Numbered from the stretch's first letter, positions 26,243 through 39,038 are shown. The stretch: 54,817 nt of DNA from Chara braunii (GCA_003427395.1 BFEA01000009.1:5965890-6020706), one strand, 5' to 3'. The notes: generated by a model not told the origin, from the sequence alone. Program-made: numbers and translations.

Positions 26243-26742
26243 CACAATTCGAGAGAAACCTGCTCTCGGCGCTCCCGCGCACGCTCTCAGCGCGCAGGGG
26301 CTGCCAACAACTTAAGAACCTACGAAATACTAAACTGGAACTCTTTCCCCAAATTTTTCGAACTTTTTTTTATTTTTAAGGAATTTTAATAGTTTAATTT
26401 AACAAAAATTCAAAATTAGTCTCAAAATTTGAGGTACTTTGGTCCTAGAATTCAAGGATGGTTAAAAATGTCAGAGGAAATCAGTCTCGAATTGCACAAT
26501 TCGAGAGAAACCTGCTCTCGGCGCTCCCGCACGCGCTCTCTGCCCGCAGGGGCTGCCAACAACTTAAGAACCTACGAAATACGAAACTGAAACTCTTTCC
26601 CCGAATTTTTCGAACTGTTTTTTATTTTTAAGGAATTTTAATAGTTTAATTTAACAAAAATTCAAAATTAGTCTCAAAATTTGAGGTACTTTAGTCCTAG
26701 AATTCAAAGATGGTTAAAAATGTCAGAGGAAATCAGTCTCGA
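26243..26742. repeat. Tandem duplication (~250 bp x2) in the AT-rich leader of the Gypsy element
   Basis: CACAATTCGAGAGAAACCTGCTCTCGGCG...GAAATCAGTCTCGAATT occurs at ~26243 and ~26495. Confidence 0.9.
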
Positions 26743-28184
26743 ATTTCCCTCGATTTCTCGACCTTTCCAAGGATTTTTACTGAATTTTTTTAAAAATAAT
26801 TCGCAAAAATACAATCAAAACTTGAGAAAATCCTTTTACCTCACCCGACCTTTAGAGAACTTAATTTTTTTACCCTTAGTAACTTCCCTTTTGTCTTTCT
26901 TCCTTATCTCTACCCTTTTCTAGAATTTTTTATATTTATCAAAATTGAATTAGAATTTTTTTTTTAAAAGGTAGAAATAATTTTTCTTTTTTTGTCCCTC
27001 TCCGTTAAGAGAGGTTTCTCTTATTAGTAACTCTGTTTCCTTTATTTATTTTTAATTAAAGTAATTTTTATGAATTTAGAAACTTTTTGGCAGCACTTCG
27101 CCTCCCCCCGTTGGGATGGGGTTCGGGCGAAGCCCTCAACAAACACTAAGAGATGCAGAAAATGATGAAAAATAATCCAAAAGATATAAACGTATTTTAC
27201 AAAATTTTTAATTATTTTTTTAATAATTTATATCCTTTTAAATAGCAGTATATTCAAAATTTTGACAAAATTTTCAAAATTTTCGGCAGCGATCCGTCTT
27301 CCCACGCGGGGATGAAGTCTGGGGCAGTCGTCCCTTAATCCACTGTCCGAAGAACCCGGAAAAGCGAACTTCAAACAATTATAAACGAAAAATTGCTATT
27401 TTAATAAATTTTTACTAATTTTTATCGATAAATATTTAAAATTATAGAGAAATACAAGGTTTTAAGCTTTCGCAATCATTTAGTTTTACTATAAGCTTTG
27501 GGGTTGCATTCGCCCCCTAAACCCTTAGTTAGGGTTTCTCTTAATTAGGGTTTAAGTTTCCTGCGCGCGTTCGCGCGCCCACCACAAACCCCCGTTTATC
27601 TTTAAAAAAAAAAAAATTGAACCCTTATAAACTCAAAAGGAAATCCTATCGGATTACTTTTGGTAACTGCCTTTGTTTTAATTTTAAATAAAATTACAAA
27701 AAAAATCAATTATTCCTTTGTTTTTCTTTCTTTTCTTATCTGTACGTCCCTGCCGTCAACCCAAACAGCGTCCGTATTTCCCGCTCAAAATGTCGGGAAA
27801 AGAACAAGGACCAACTTTGGTCCCAGCGGGTTTCTCCAGATTTTTCTTCTTCCAACAGAAAATTAATAAAAACCAAAATTCGTTATTCTCGAATTTAAAA
27901 TTGAAAAATTAAAAAAAAAACAATATCTCTCCTTTTCACCGTTAGAATTTCTCAAAAAACATATCAAAATGTTCGCCTCGTCGAGAGGACGAACTTTGTT
28001 CCCTACGAAGTTTTCACGAAAATGCGCGGATGATGAGATATTTGAAAAAAACTGCATTTGAAATTAATAAAGATTAGAAAATATCCACTAATCAAACTAA
28101 TTAAAACTGATCACCTCATGGCTAATCAGCCACGGCACCCCCGTTAATTGGGGAAGGCCGAGGCCTTGGGGGTGTTGTTCCCCT

Positions 28185-28201
28185 TCCCGGCAACGGCGCC
28201 A
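28185..28201 (-). promoter_or_regulatory. Primer-binding site complementary to the tRNA-Asp 3' end
   Basis: The minus strand reads CA-ACTT-TGGCGCCGTTGCCGGGA. This is complementary to the plant tRNA-Asp(GUC) 3' end ...CCCGGCAACGGCGCCA and is the PBS typical of Athila-type elements. Confidence 0.9.
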
Positions 28202-28205
28202 AAGT

Positions 28206-28773
28206 TGTGAGGAAACCCGGGGAGGGGAACCTACAGCTCGCTGAAGCCAGGGGCAATGCCGCCTGTCACTCGGCGCGCCCACTTCCGAGGTCCTCAGCGG
28301 CAGATAGGGTGTTGGGACTTATTATCGTCTGTTACCCCTGCTCGCAGAAGCACTTTAATCTAGCGTTATCAGATCATAATTCTCTTGAGTAATTTGATGT
28401 AGATTGAGCCTGATCATGAGGGTTGACTGTTTTGCCTCTAAGACAAATCACTCAAAAAAAATAAGTTCGATTTTAAAAGGGAGAGTGCACCAATCAGGCG
28501 AATCGATTTCCAGAGAATAAACAGTCCCTTCAGCATGCTTAATTACCAGTATGCCATGAAGCCAAATCAGCAGGCTCGGCCAGGTAGTTAATGGGTCAAT
28601 CAACGGGTCCTACTTACAGAAAGGGAATAGTTCATTCCACACACTCGATTTGCAGAGAGCCAGTGGTACTGATGATCTCCTGCCAGCAGCAGGGGTTGGT
28701 CCTACTCTCTCTTTCTATCTCTCTCCCTTCCGCTGCTCTCTCTCTCTCTGTTCTCTCGCTGTTCTCTCTCTTT

Positions 28774-28857
<84 letters not shown>

Positions 28858-28972
28858 NNNNNNNNNNNNNNNNNNNNNNNNNNNNNNNNNNNNNNNNNNN
28901 NNNNNNNNNNNNNNNNNNNNNNNNNNNNNNNNNNNNNNNNNNNNNNNNNNNNNNNNNNNNNNNNNNNNNNNN

Positions 28973-29061
<89 letters not shown>

Positions 29062-32000
29062 CTCTCTATCTATCTCTCCCCCGCAGTTCTTTCCATCTCT
29101 CTTCTATCAACTCTAACTTCTTCGCTGCCCCGTGTTTCCAAGTCCTCAGCCATGTTACTACTGCCTCTCCACTTCACACAGGATGAACCTGCCCGTGATT
29201 AAGGCCAGGAGCACGGGATTTTAGAAGTGTCTCATTTCCCCATACTTGTTGAGTTACCGTGCATTCAAAAGAATTGCGACCGCATGATCTCCTGGCATTA
29301 TGTTCATTCGATCGCAAAATCAAGATCCGTACGGTCAGAATTTGCGTTTTCAAGTCCTCTTTGAGAGTGTGGGGTCTGATCTACAATTGGTGCTGGCTGC
29401 GTAGGATGCCGGTCAACGTTTCGTCATCATATCATATTGGTATGCAAAAAAAGAATCAGTCCAACTTAACACATTCATCGGAAAAACTTTTCAGAGGAGA
29501 TGTTCATACTTTGTTTGACCTTTGATGGTTGCTCTCTCTGAATTCGACAGAACTAGATCAGAGAGTAGGATGAAGATCTGCACACGCCACTTTACTGTTT
29601 AATTTTTCCTCACCCATACGGCTCTCCCTCTCTGCACTCTCCCTCTCACACTCTGCGCATTCTCTCACACTCTGCGTATTCTCTCTCTCCCACACTCTCT
29701 CTCAGCCTGCTCCCCCTTGCGCGTAGGTTCCCAGTCTCGTCACTACCACTCACTCACGACGCAAGTCCCGTTTCACAATGATCCTCGCGAGCATGTGTGA
29801 GCCTTTCTCTCTCTCTCCCTGCATGTGTATTGCCTGTCTCTCTCCCTGTGTGTGTGTTTCGTGAATCTTTCTCTCCTTCTCTCTCTCTCTCTATATGTAA
29901 GGAGGCTTTTTACACTTGTTGTGTGATCGCATCAACCCTTCTCATGTGTCGCGGCCACTTTCACGTGCTGGTCGTTATACAGTGTCCATAAATGTGTTCA
30001 TGCAGTGGCAGTAAAAAAAAAAAAAATATTCAACTCTCTTTTACTTCGTGCATGCAGAGTGCTGAAACGGCCAGATCAACCCCCGCTTTTCTCCAAGTAG
30101 GAGGGCCGATGAGACGGACAGATTAGCGCCCAGTCTCCACCATGTATCTCAACCGCTTTAGAGGATAGATTAATGTCAAATACTCATCATGTGTTCGAAC
30201 AGCAACAACAACGAAGTTAACCCCCCCTGTTTTCCTCCGAGTATAAAGAGTGGTGGAACGAGCAGATCAGCGCCCGGTCTCTACCATGTATCTGGGCCTG
30301 CCTTAGAGGGTAGGGTCGGAGCTCATATTCTGCATAGTTTATCAACCGAAGGTCTAAACGTATTTGTGCCGCTTCTGAGAACAGATTTAAAGCTCCAAAC
30401 CTGGGAATCATGCCGTGGGCATACCACGCCCCGAATGCTAGAAGTATCTGTCGGGTTTTGAGGGCAGACTCAAAGCTCTTAATCGGAGTGGAATGCAACG
30501 AGCACATCAGACCCGAAAACTGAATGCTCAAAAATCATAATCGAAAGAGTGTACTGCGGGGACATCAGGTCCGAAAATTGAATGTATCTGCCCTGCTTTG
30601 GGGGCAGGTTCAAAGTTCATAATGAGAAGAGTGTACTTCGGGCTTATCAGGCCCGAAAACTGAATGTATCTACCCCGTTTTTTAGGGGAAATTCATAACT
30701 CTTCTCGAAAGTGTGCTGCGAACATATCAAGCCAACAATCTGTAAGTATTTGTCCCGTTTTAGAGGGCGAATTTGAAACTCATACTCCGAAGACTATGAA
30801 ATGGACAGATTTGAAACTCGTCTTATGAGGGGTATGCTGCGGCACATTACTCGCAAAAATCTGAATACAGTTGACCACTTTCGAGGGCGAATTCAGAGCA
30901 CGCTCCTTGAGAGTATGCTACGGCATATTACACACAAAATCCGCATACACTTGACCGCTTCTAAGCACGGATTCCGAACTCACATTCTAAAAAAAAAACT
31001 GCGGAACCGATATAACAGGTACTCACCCAAAACTCGGCATCAGCTCCATTAGACGACACATCCTTACCGATTCAGACGGCGTCACCAAGAGTCCGTCAAC
31101 CTTTCACCTGCGACTACATTCAACAGGCATTCGTTGCCTCCCTAATCATCGCTTGTAACGGGCAGCAAAAGCCTCGAACGGCAGACGAGCGACTCTAACC
31201 TTGACAGAGCTCCCATAGCACGTTGTTCTAGTGTACCCTTCTCTCGAGGGACGAACTCTCCCATTCATGCAGTGCACAACAGAACACTGTCTTCTCCCTG
31301 ATTCTCTCATCCGCTTCCGTTCCCCCGTCGATTTGTCGAATACCAGCAGCGCACATCAGGTGCTCTGTGTCCCCCTCTTGGCCACTGTTCGCACCTCTTC
31401 AGTCATCGTCAAGAGAGGGCTCCGCACACCTGGCACGTTTCCTCCTCCTGTTCCGAACTGGGCTGCCATGGGGGCGGGGTACACCTGGCAAGCTTTCCCC
31501 CCGAGTCACTCCCGTTCGAATCCCTTTCCATGTCAACGGGTCTCTCATATATGCAGTAGCTACCCTGGGCATGGCGTTCAGTGGACCAGAAGCACCTGAG
31601 AAAAATGCCGGCCGACAGGCCTGTAAACCTGGTGCCAACGGCATTCCGGGATTTACTAGCGGTACCAGTACTTCGGGTAACCAGTACTGGACATGGCCCT
31701 CAGTAGACCAGAGGCACCGAGAAAACGTAGGCCCATAGGCTCGAAAACCTGGTACCAATCGCATTGTGGGATTTACTTGCGGTACAAGTACTTCGCGCCA
31801 GGTCAAAGGTACCAGTCGAAAACACAACAGCAGTACCCGAAAACGATACCAGATCTCCACTACAGTACCAACAGCAACCCTGGGACAGTACCAGGAACAA
31901 ACAGTATCGCAGGTCATCCGCGTCACGGCCCAGGATCGACGTTAATAGGCTCGGTGTTCTGGATACCGTGGCTGCTCTGAGCCATCAATCGCAGCAGTTC

Positions 32001-33543
32001 AATGAGATGCACCGTACAATGAAACAAGTACCGTTCCAACACCGTGTCTGTCCCATACAATTTTCGGGGCTGAAAATTCCCAGTCCGAACTGCAGCAGCC
32101 TCAAACTGGATTGGAGATCCGTATTCGAAAGTACCATCGCCGAATCCATCGGTACCATGCCAACCCCGAACCAATATCAAGCGCGCAACACGTAGAATAT
32201 CGTCAAGTGCCGTAGTGCAGCGAAAATTTCGAGCCTGGCTCGAACCTGAGTGTCGTGCCTTTATACCGAAACTCAACCCATGCCGACGTCAAGGTAGTAC
32301 CACCCTGAAGATGGCAGCCGTACTGAACACGACAATAGTTTGTCAACCTTAAAAAGGCTCCGAACCGTAAAATAATTATCGTAGTCGCGTCGAAGCTGAG
32401 ATAGATTGCCATGGTGGTCCCGAACCTGAAAACGAGTTACCAAGGTCGTCCCTAACCCTGATGAAACATTCCGGAGTAGTCGTTCTGAACCTAATAATAA
32501 AACACCCCGATGTGCCCGAACCTGAAGCACGCCGAAGCCGAACTCGTGCTGCCCGGCGGTAATAATTCCGAACCTGTCCCGAGCCATTCGTGTCGAACCG
32601 AAGCGGTGATCACACCGACGCAAAAGGGTCGTGGAGCGCAATTAAACAACATAGCGGCAACGCCCCGCGTCCGTCAATCCCGCACTCATATCACACAGGT
32701 TACGGTAAAGTTAGAAATCAGGGAAATCAGGTAAGCCATGCGTACAAATCCCAATCTTCGCCATATAGCGGAAATCATCAGAATTGAAGTAAATGAATAA
32801 TCGGGGGTTAATTCCGACCGCGGATAAATGTAGTAAAATTACGCCCATCAGTTATTAATCATGGTTTTCCTTCATTCTTATTATTTTTATTTACTTTTCT
32901 TATTTCCTAATTTTTTTATCGAAAATAACAAAAATAGAGGCAATCTTGCCAAAAATAAATTCCGATGGCATTCAATGAAGCGTTGAAAATCCTTGGTTTC
33001 CCTTTTCTTTTTATTGTTTTCGAATTTTTTTCATACATTTAATTCTATTATCAAAAATGTCGATAATAGAGGGCGACCCTATTAAAATTCAAATATCAAA
33101 TAATTTGAATAAATTGGAAAATATCCCGTTTTTCTCTCCTCTTTTGTTGTCTTTAATTTCTTTTCTCATTCTTAATTTTAATATTAAATTTTATTAAATG
33201 TGGGGCTCCCTCCTCGCGTCCATGGGACACTGTGGAAGGGCCTCGTCAAGGCTCATCCTGAGTTAAAAGCCCCGCGGCCAGTCGTTGTCGGGACAGGCCT
33301 AGAGCGAGCGGAAAGGAGGTAGTAAGTAAGGTAACTGTGAGGGCGGCGAAGCGGTAACCCCCTTCGCCATTTCTCTAGGGCTAGTCCTGGCGGTTGACAC
33401 ATCCGAAATTAGGGGTGATCTGACTACCCCTAATTTCTCCCAACTGGTCGGATGAAAGCGCCGGCCGATTCCTCCTTAGACAAGTTTTCTACAGGTCAAT
33501 TTCCCGGTATTAGGGCGACCGACTGGCCCTCGGTCGCCCGACA
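28206..33543 (-). repeat. 5' LTR, ~5.3 kb
   Basis: Bounded by TG...CA (TGTGAGG at 28206; CCCGACA at 33543). One end abuts the PBS and the other is duplicated at 14097. It contains (CT)n, an N-gap and internal repeats. Confidence 0.8.
30400..31030. repeat. Degenerate ~78-bp tandem repeat inside the LTR
   Basis: Recurrent CATCAGGCCCGAAAACTGAATGTATCTG..CGTTTT.AGGGCAGA.TCAAA..TCATAATCG..AGAGT.TACTGCGG units. Confidence 0.65.
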
Positions 33544-34558
33544 GCGCTTTTACTGACTCATCAAAAGGTTGATCCCCGACAGTGTGTCCGGGATGTTAAT
33601 ATCTGATGGATAAGGACTCACCACATCGCCCCAAGTAAGCGACAACCGTGAGAAAAGTGGTCGACTTTACTCACACAAACCATGCAATCCTTGCAGANNN
33701 NNNNNNNNNNNNNNNNNNNNNNNNNNNNNNNNNNNNNNNNNNNNNNNNNNNNNNNNNNNNNNNNNNNNNNNNNNNNNNNNNNNNNNNNNNNNNNNNNNNN
33801 NNNNNNNNNNNNNNNNNNNNNNNNNNNNNNNNNNNNNNNNNNNNNNNNNNNNNNNNNNNNNNNNNNNNNNNNNNNNNNNNNNNNNNNNNNNNNNNNNNNN
33901 NNNNNNNNNNNNNNNNNNNNNNNNNNNNNNNNNNNNNNNNNNNNNNNNNNNNNNNNNNNNNNNNNNNNNNNNNNNNNNNNNNNNNNNNNNNNNNNNNNNN
34001 NNNNNNNNNNNNNNNNNNNNNNNNNNNNNNNNNNNNNNNNNNNNNNNNNNNNNNNNNNNNNNNNNNNNNNNNNNNNNNNNNNNNNNNNNNNNNNNNNNNN
34101 NNNNNNNNNNNNNNNNNNNNNNNNNNNNNNNNNNNNNNNNNNNNNNNNNNNNNNNNNNNNNNNNNNNNNNNNNNNNNNNNNNNNNNNNNNNNNNNNNNNN
34201 NNNNNNNNNNNNNNNNNNNNNNNNNNNNNNNNNNNNNNNNNNNNNNNNNNNNNNNNNNNNNNNNNNNNNNNNNNNNNNNNNNNNNNNNNNNNNNNNNNNN
34301 NNNNNNNNNNNNNNNNNNNNNNNNNNNNNNNNNNNNNNNNNNNNNNNNNNNNNNNNNNNNNNNNNNNNNNNNNNNNNTTTCCTCGGACGTTCATCGACGC
34401 ATCAGGAGGTTGAACCCCGACAGTCTGCCGATGATGCATTTGACTGATGGATAAGGACTCACCACATCGCCCAGAGTTAGCGATACCCTTGAGAAAAGTG
34501 GTCGACTTTACTCACACCAACCTTGCTGTCCTAACAGAATGTGTGCATGTATGTATGT

Positions 34559-34602
<44 letters not shown>

Positions 34603-34786
34603 TTTTGGGCGATGTGGTGTGAGTGAAGTCGACCGTTCTCAGGGGGTTCGCCAACTCTGGGCGATGTGGTGAGTCCTTATCCATCAGTCAAATGCGTCCT
34701 GGGCAAACAGTCAGGGTTCGACCTCCAAATGAGTCAATGGAAGTCAGACGAAACAGTCTCGTAAAGTCATGCTTTTTTTTTTTTTC

Positions 34787-34818
<32 letters not shown>

Positions 34819-34923
34819 GGTATCGCTAGCTCTGGGCGATATGCATCTTGGGCAGATTGTCGGGGTTCAATCTCCTGATGAGTCCGGTAAAAGTCCGACG
34901 AAACAGTCTGGTACAGTCATGCT
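33544..34923. mobile_element. Cluster of ~170-nt hammerhead-containing repeats (retrozyme-like): two minus-strand and two plus-strand copies
   Basis: Shared body GTGTGAGTAAAGTCGACC...GGGCGATGTGGTGAGTCCTTATCCATCAG followed by a hammerhead motif. Copies at 33544-33697(-), 34378-34538(-), 34607-34772(+) and 34818-34923(+, internally deleted body). Confidence 0.8.
34853..34910 (+). ncRNA. Type III hammerhead ribozyme, intact catalytic core
   Basis: Stem III CAGAUUGU/ACAGUCUG; GUC cleavage triplet (C34861); stem I GGGG-UUCAA-UCUC; CUGAUGA; stem II GUC(C)GG-UAAAAGU-CCGAC; GAAAC. Confidence 0.85.
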
Positions 34924-35424
34924 TTGTTTTTTTTTGTTTAGCGAATATGACACCATACACACACACACTGCCTTTTACATTATAATGCAACTGTTGACGT
35001 CAGCAGACAACGAAGCACTTGAAGATGTCAGCGATTCCAGTGCAGGGAAACCAATTCGAGGTACTTGCCCTCATATCATCATCATCATCATCATCATCCT
35101 CTCTCTCGCTCTCGATTCTCAAAAGTTATGCCTGAGGCTGGACTTGTGGCCGGAAGCATCAAGTGGACCGAAGGAGGCCGTGCCTCAGTTGCAGGGGATG
35201 AGAGTCGTTCGGTTGGGCTTTCCAAATGAGTGTGGGTAAGGCGCTGCGACTCTTGCACAGGGCCTGCATTTCATGAAAGACATAAAAAACCGTGGAAAAA
35301 CCTTTGCTGCATTGGCCCAGGTTCCCTCTTGGGAGTTGTTTGCCACCAGGCCTGAATATTATTTCTCACATGTCTGAATGTTGATTCATTGACCCTGTGT
35401 GTTTTGAACCCCTGACCCGTGTTT

Positions 35425-36173
35425 TGGTTGACAGATTGATTTATTGAAGTATCGATTGATTGATTGATCGATTGATTGATTTATCGATTCATTGGTTGAT
35501 CAATTGGTTGATTTATCGATTGATTGGTTGATTTATTGATTGATTGGTTGACAGGATGGTTGATAGATTGATTGATTGATTTATCAAATGATTGATTGAC
35601 TGAGTGATTGATTGATTGAAAGTCCGACTGATTGATTCACTGATTGGCCGATTGAATGACTGACAGATTCATCGATCGACCGACAGTTTGAATCGATCGA
35701 CTAACAAATAGACTAATTGATAGATTGATTGAGTAATTCACTGACTGACGAACTGACTTATTGATTGATTGATTGACTAACTTATCGATGGACTGACCGA
35801 TTGGTCGATTGAGTGACTGACTGATTCAATGATCGACCAACTGATTGACTGATTGATTGCTGGATTGATCAGTTGATTATTTTGTCGATTAATAGGTTCG
35901 TCAATTGATTGGTCGATTGAGTGACTTACTGATTCATTGATCGACCAACTGATTGAATGATTGAATGATTGAATGATTGAATGGTTGAATGATTGAATGA
36001 TTGAATGATTGAAGGATTGAATGATTGAATGATTGAATGATCGAATGATCGAATGATTGAATGACTGATCGATTGGTCGATTGACTGACTGACTGATTCA
36101 TTGATCGACTGAACGATGGAATGATTGAATGACCAACTTACTGACTAATTGATCGATTGAATGATTGATTGAC

Positions 36174-36233
<60 letters not shown>

Positions 36234-36553
36234 CGATTAATTTGTTGATTGATTGATTGACTGATCGACCGAATTGGTTGTTTGATCCATTGGTCGATTG
36301 ATTGACTTACTTGTTCATTGATCGGCTGACTGATTGGATCGATGGACTGACTTATTGATTCATTGATTGACGAACTAATTAAATGATTGATTGATTGAAT
36401 TATTGAATGACTGAATGATTGAACGATCGAATGATTGAATAATTAAATGACCGACTGACTGATTCGGTAAATTGATTGACTGGATCATTAACTGATCTAT
36501 TGATCGATTGACTTATTCATGGATTGATTGATTGATTGATTGATTCATTGACA

Positions 36554-36608
<55 letters not shown>

Positions 36609-36825
36609 CAATTGGTCGATTGAGTGACTCACTTATTCATTGAATGACTTAATGACTTAATGATTGAATGATTGAATGATTGAATAATTGAATGACCGAC
36701 TTAATGATTCGATAGATCGATTGACTGAATCATTGACTGATTTAATGATCAATGGATTAATTGATTGATTGAATGATTGATTGAATGATTGATTGATTGA
36801 TTGATTGATTAATTAATTAATTGAC

Positions 36826-36874
<49 letters not shown>

Positions 36875-36962
36875 AGTTGGTTGATAGATTGATTGACTGA
36901 TCGATTGGTCAATTGAGTGACTCATTGATTCATTGATCGACCGAATAATTGATAGATTGATG

Positions 36963-37023
<61 letters not shown>

Positions 37024-38549
37024 GTTGGTTGGTTGGTTGATAGATTGATTGGTTGATTGGTTGATTGGTGGATTGATTGATTGACTGAGTGATTCATTGA
37101 TCGAAAGACCGACTAATTGATCGATGAACTGACTGATTGGGTCGATGGACTGAATGGCTGATTCATTGATTGACAAACTAATTGAATGATTGATTGATTG
37201 AATAACAGACTGGGTGATTCAGTACATCGATTGACTGACTGATTGACTAACTGATTAATAAATTCATTCATTTTAATTTTCATTGTTGTCGATTGATGAA
37301 CTGATGTTTTCAACCCTGACCTGTGTTTTGGATGCTGAATGTTGTATATGACGGGTGTGTGTAGTTGTCGGCTGCTGCACCGTACAACTGTCGAGTATGG
37401 GTTGACCGATTAACTGATTGATTGACAAACTGATAGATAGATTGATTAATTAATTGATTGATTCATTGATTATTCAGATTTATTGATTGTATGATAGTTC
37501 AACTGATTGATTGACAAAGTGATAGACTGATGCATTGATATATCGACTGAATGACTGTGTTTCATCGTTGTTGGGTCCTGAACCGTAAAAGTGTCGTATA
37601 TGGACTGACTGATTGACTATTTGAATAACTAACTTAATGATAGATTGATTGATTCATTGATTGATTCATGGATTGATTGATTGTTTGATTGTTTGACTGA
37701 TTGATTGACAGACTAATAGACTACTAGAATGATTGAATAACATATTGACTAATTGACATAATGATTGACTGATTGATATATTGAAACAGTGACCGAGTGA
37801 GTGATTGACTGATTGGAGGACTGATTGACTCACTGGTCTTGGCAGTTGAATGTTGTCTGTCACGGGTCTGTGTAGTTGTCGGGTCCTGATCCGTGTAGTT
37901 GTAGAGTATAAACTAAGTGACTGACTGATTGATTGACTGATTGACTGGTCGATTGACTGACCGATTGACTGACCGATTGACTGATCGATGGACTGACTGA
38001 TTGATCGATGGACTGACCGATTGATTGTTTGACTGATTGATTTACAGACAAATAGATTGATTGATTTTTATATTGACTGACTGACTGACTGATTGACTCA
38101 TTTAATGATTGTTACACTAACTGCGTGATTGATTGATTGATTGATGGATTGACTAATCGCTTAGTCAATCACAAGGCTGATTGATTGACTAATTGAGTGA
38201 TTCATTGATTGACGGACTGATTGAATTATCGACTGGATGATAGACTGATTGATTGATTGATTGACCGATGGACTGACTAACTAACTGACCGATTGACTGA
38301 TTGATCGACAGTTTGATCGATGGACCGATTGATTGCTCAATTCACTGACTGGCAGATTCATTAATCGACCGAATGATTGAATGATTGACTGATTATTAGA
38401 TTGATTGATTGACTGATTGATCAATTGATTGATGGACCGACTGATTGCTCGAATCACTGACTGACTGATTCATTGATCGACCGAATGATTGAATGATTGA
38501 CTAATTGATAGATTGATTGATTTCTTGACCCTGTATGTTTTGAAACCTT

Positions 38550-38616
<67 letters not shown>

Positions 38617-38770
38617 GACCTATGTTTTGGTATAGAGGTTGATGGACTGACACACTGACAGAGTTATTGAATGATCGATTGACGGACCGATCGATTGGAT
38701 TGTTGGCTGTCGAGATCGGTTGCAGATCGATTGATTGATTGATCGGTCAAGACTGTGGAGTGATTGATTG
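35425..38770. repeat. Degenerate (GATT/GACT)n tetranucleotide satellite, ~3.3 kb
   Basis: Continuous TGAT/TGAC units with (TGAATGAT)n sub-arrays and recurrent longer blocks such as ATTGGTCGATTGAGTGACT. Confidence 0.95.
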
Positions 38771-38788
38771 GTCAATTTAGAAATTTGG

Positions 38789-38851
<63 letters not shown>

Positions 38852-38977
38852 CTGAGTGTCGCGACGATGGATGTCAAATTCAACGTCATAGTTGTCGTTT
38901 CGATGTTGAACATGACATCCATGACAACGACAACAGAATTATATACACGATTACAACGTAACTATAAACGACCACCT

Positions 38978-39038
<61 letters not shown>

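Larger units (their letters stand above)
13970..33543 (-). mobile_element. Giant Ty3/Gypsy LTR retrotransposon (Athila/Tat-like PBS), 3' LTR truncated, integrase core deleted
   Basis: Minus-strand order is LTR, PBS, accessory ORFs, gag, PR, RT, RH, INT remnant, LTR remnant. A 128-bp direct repeat links 13970-14097 and 33416-33543. Confidence 0.9.

Noticed and set aside
28591-29202. ORFs across (CT)n and N gaps (also 33618-34454, 36922-39615, 46199-47381, 53341-54627)
   Set aside because: They are artefacts of microsatellites or assembly gaps, giving low-complexity translations.
31231-32787. Cluster of 100-175-aa ORFs inside the LTR
   Set aside because: They overlap on both strands in GC-rich repetitive sequence and show no recognisable motifs.
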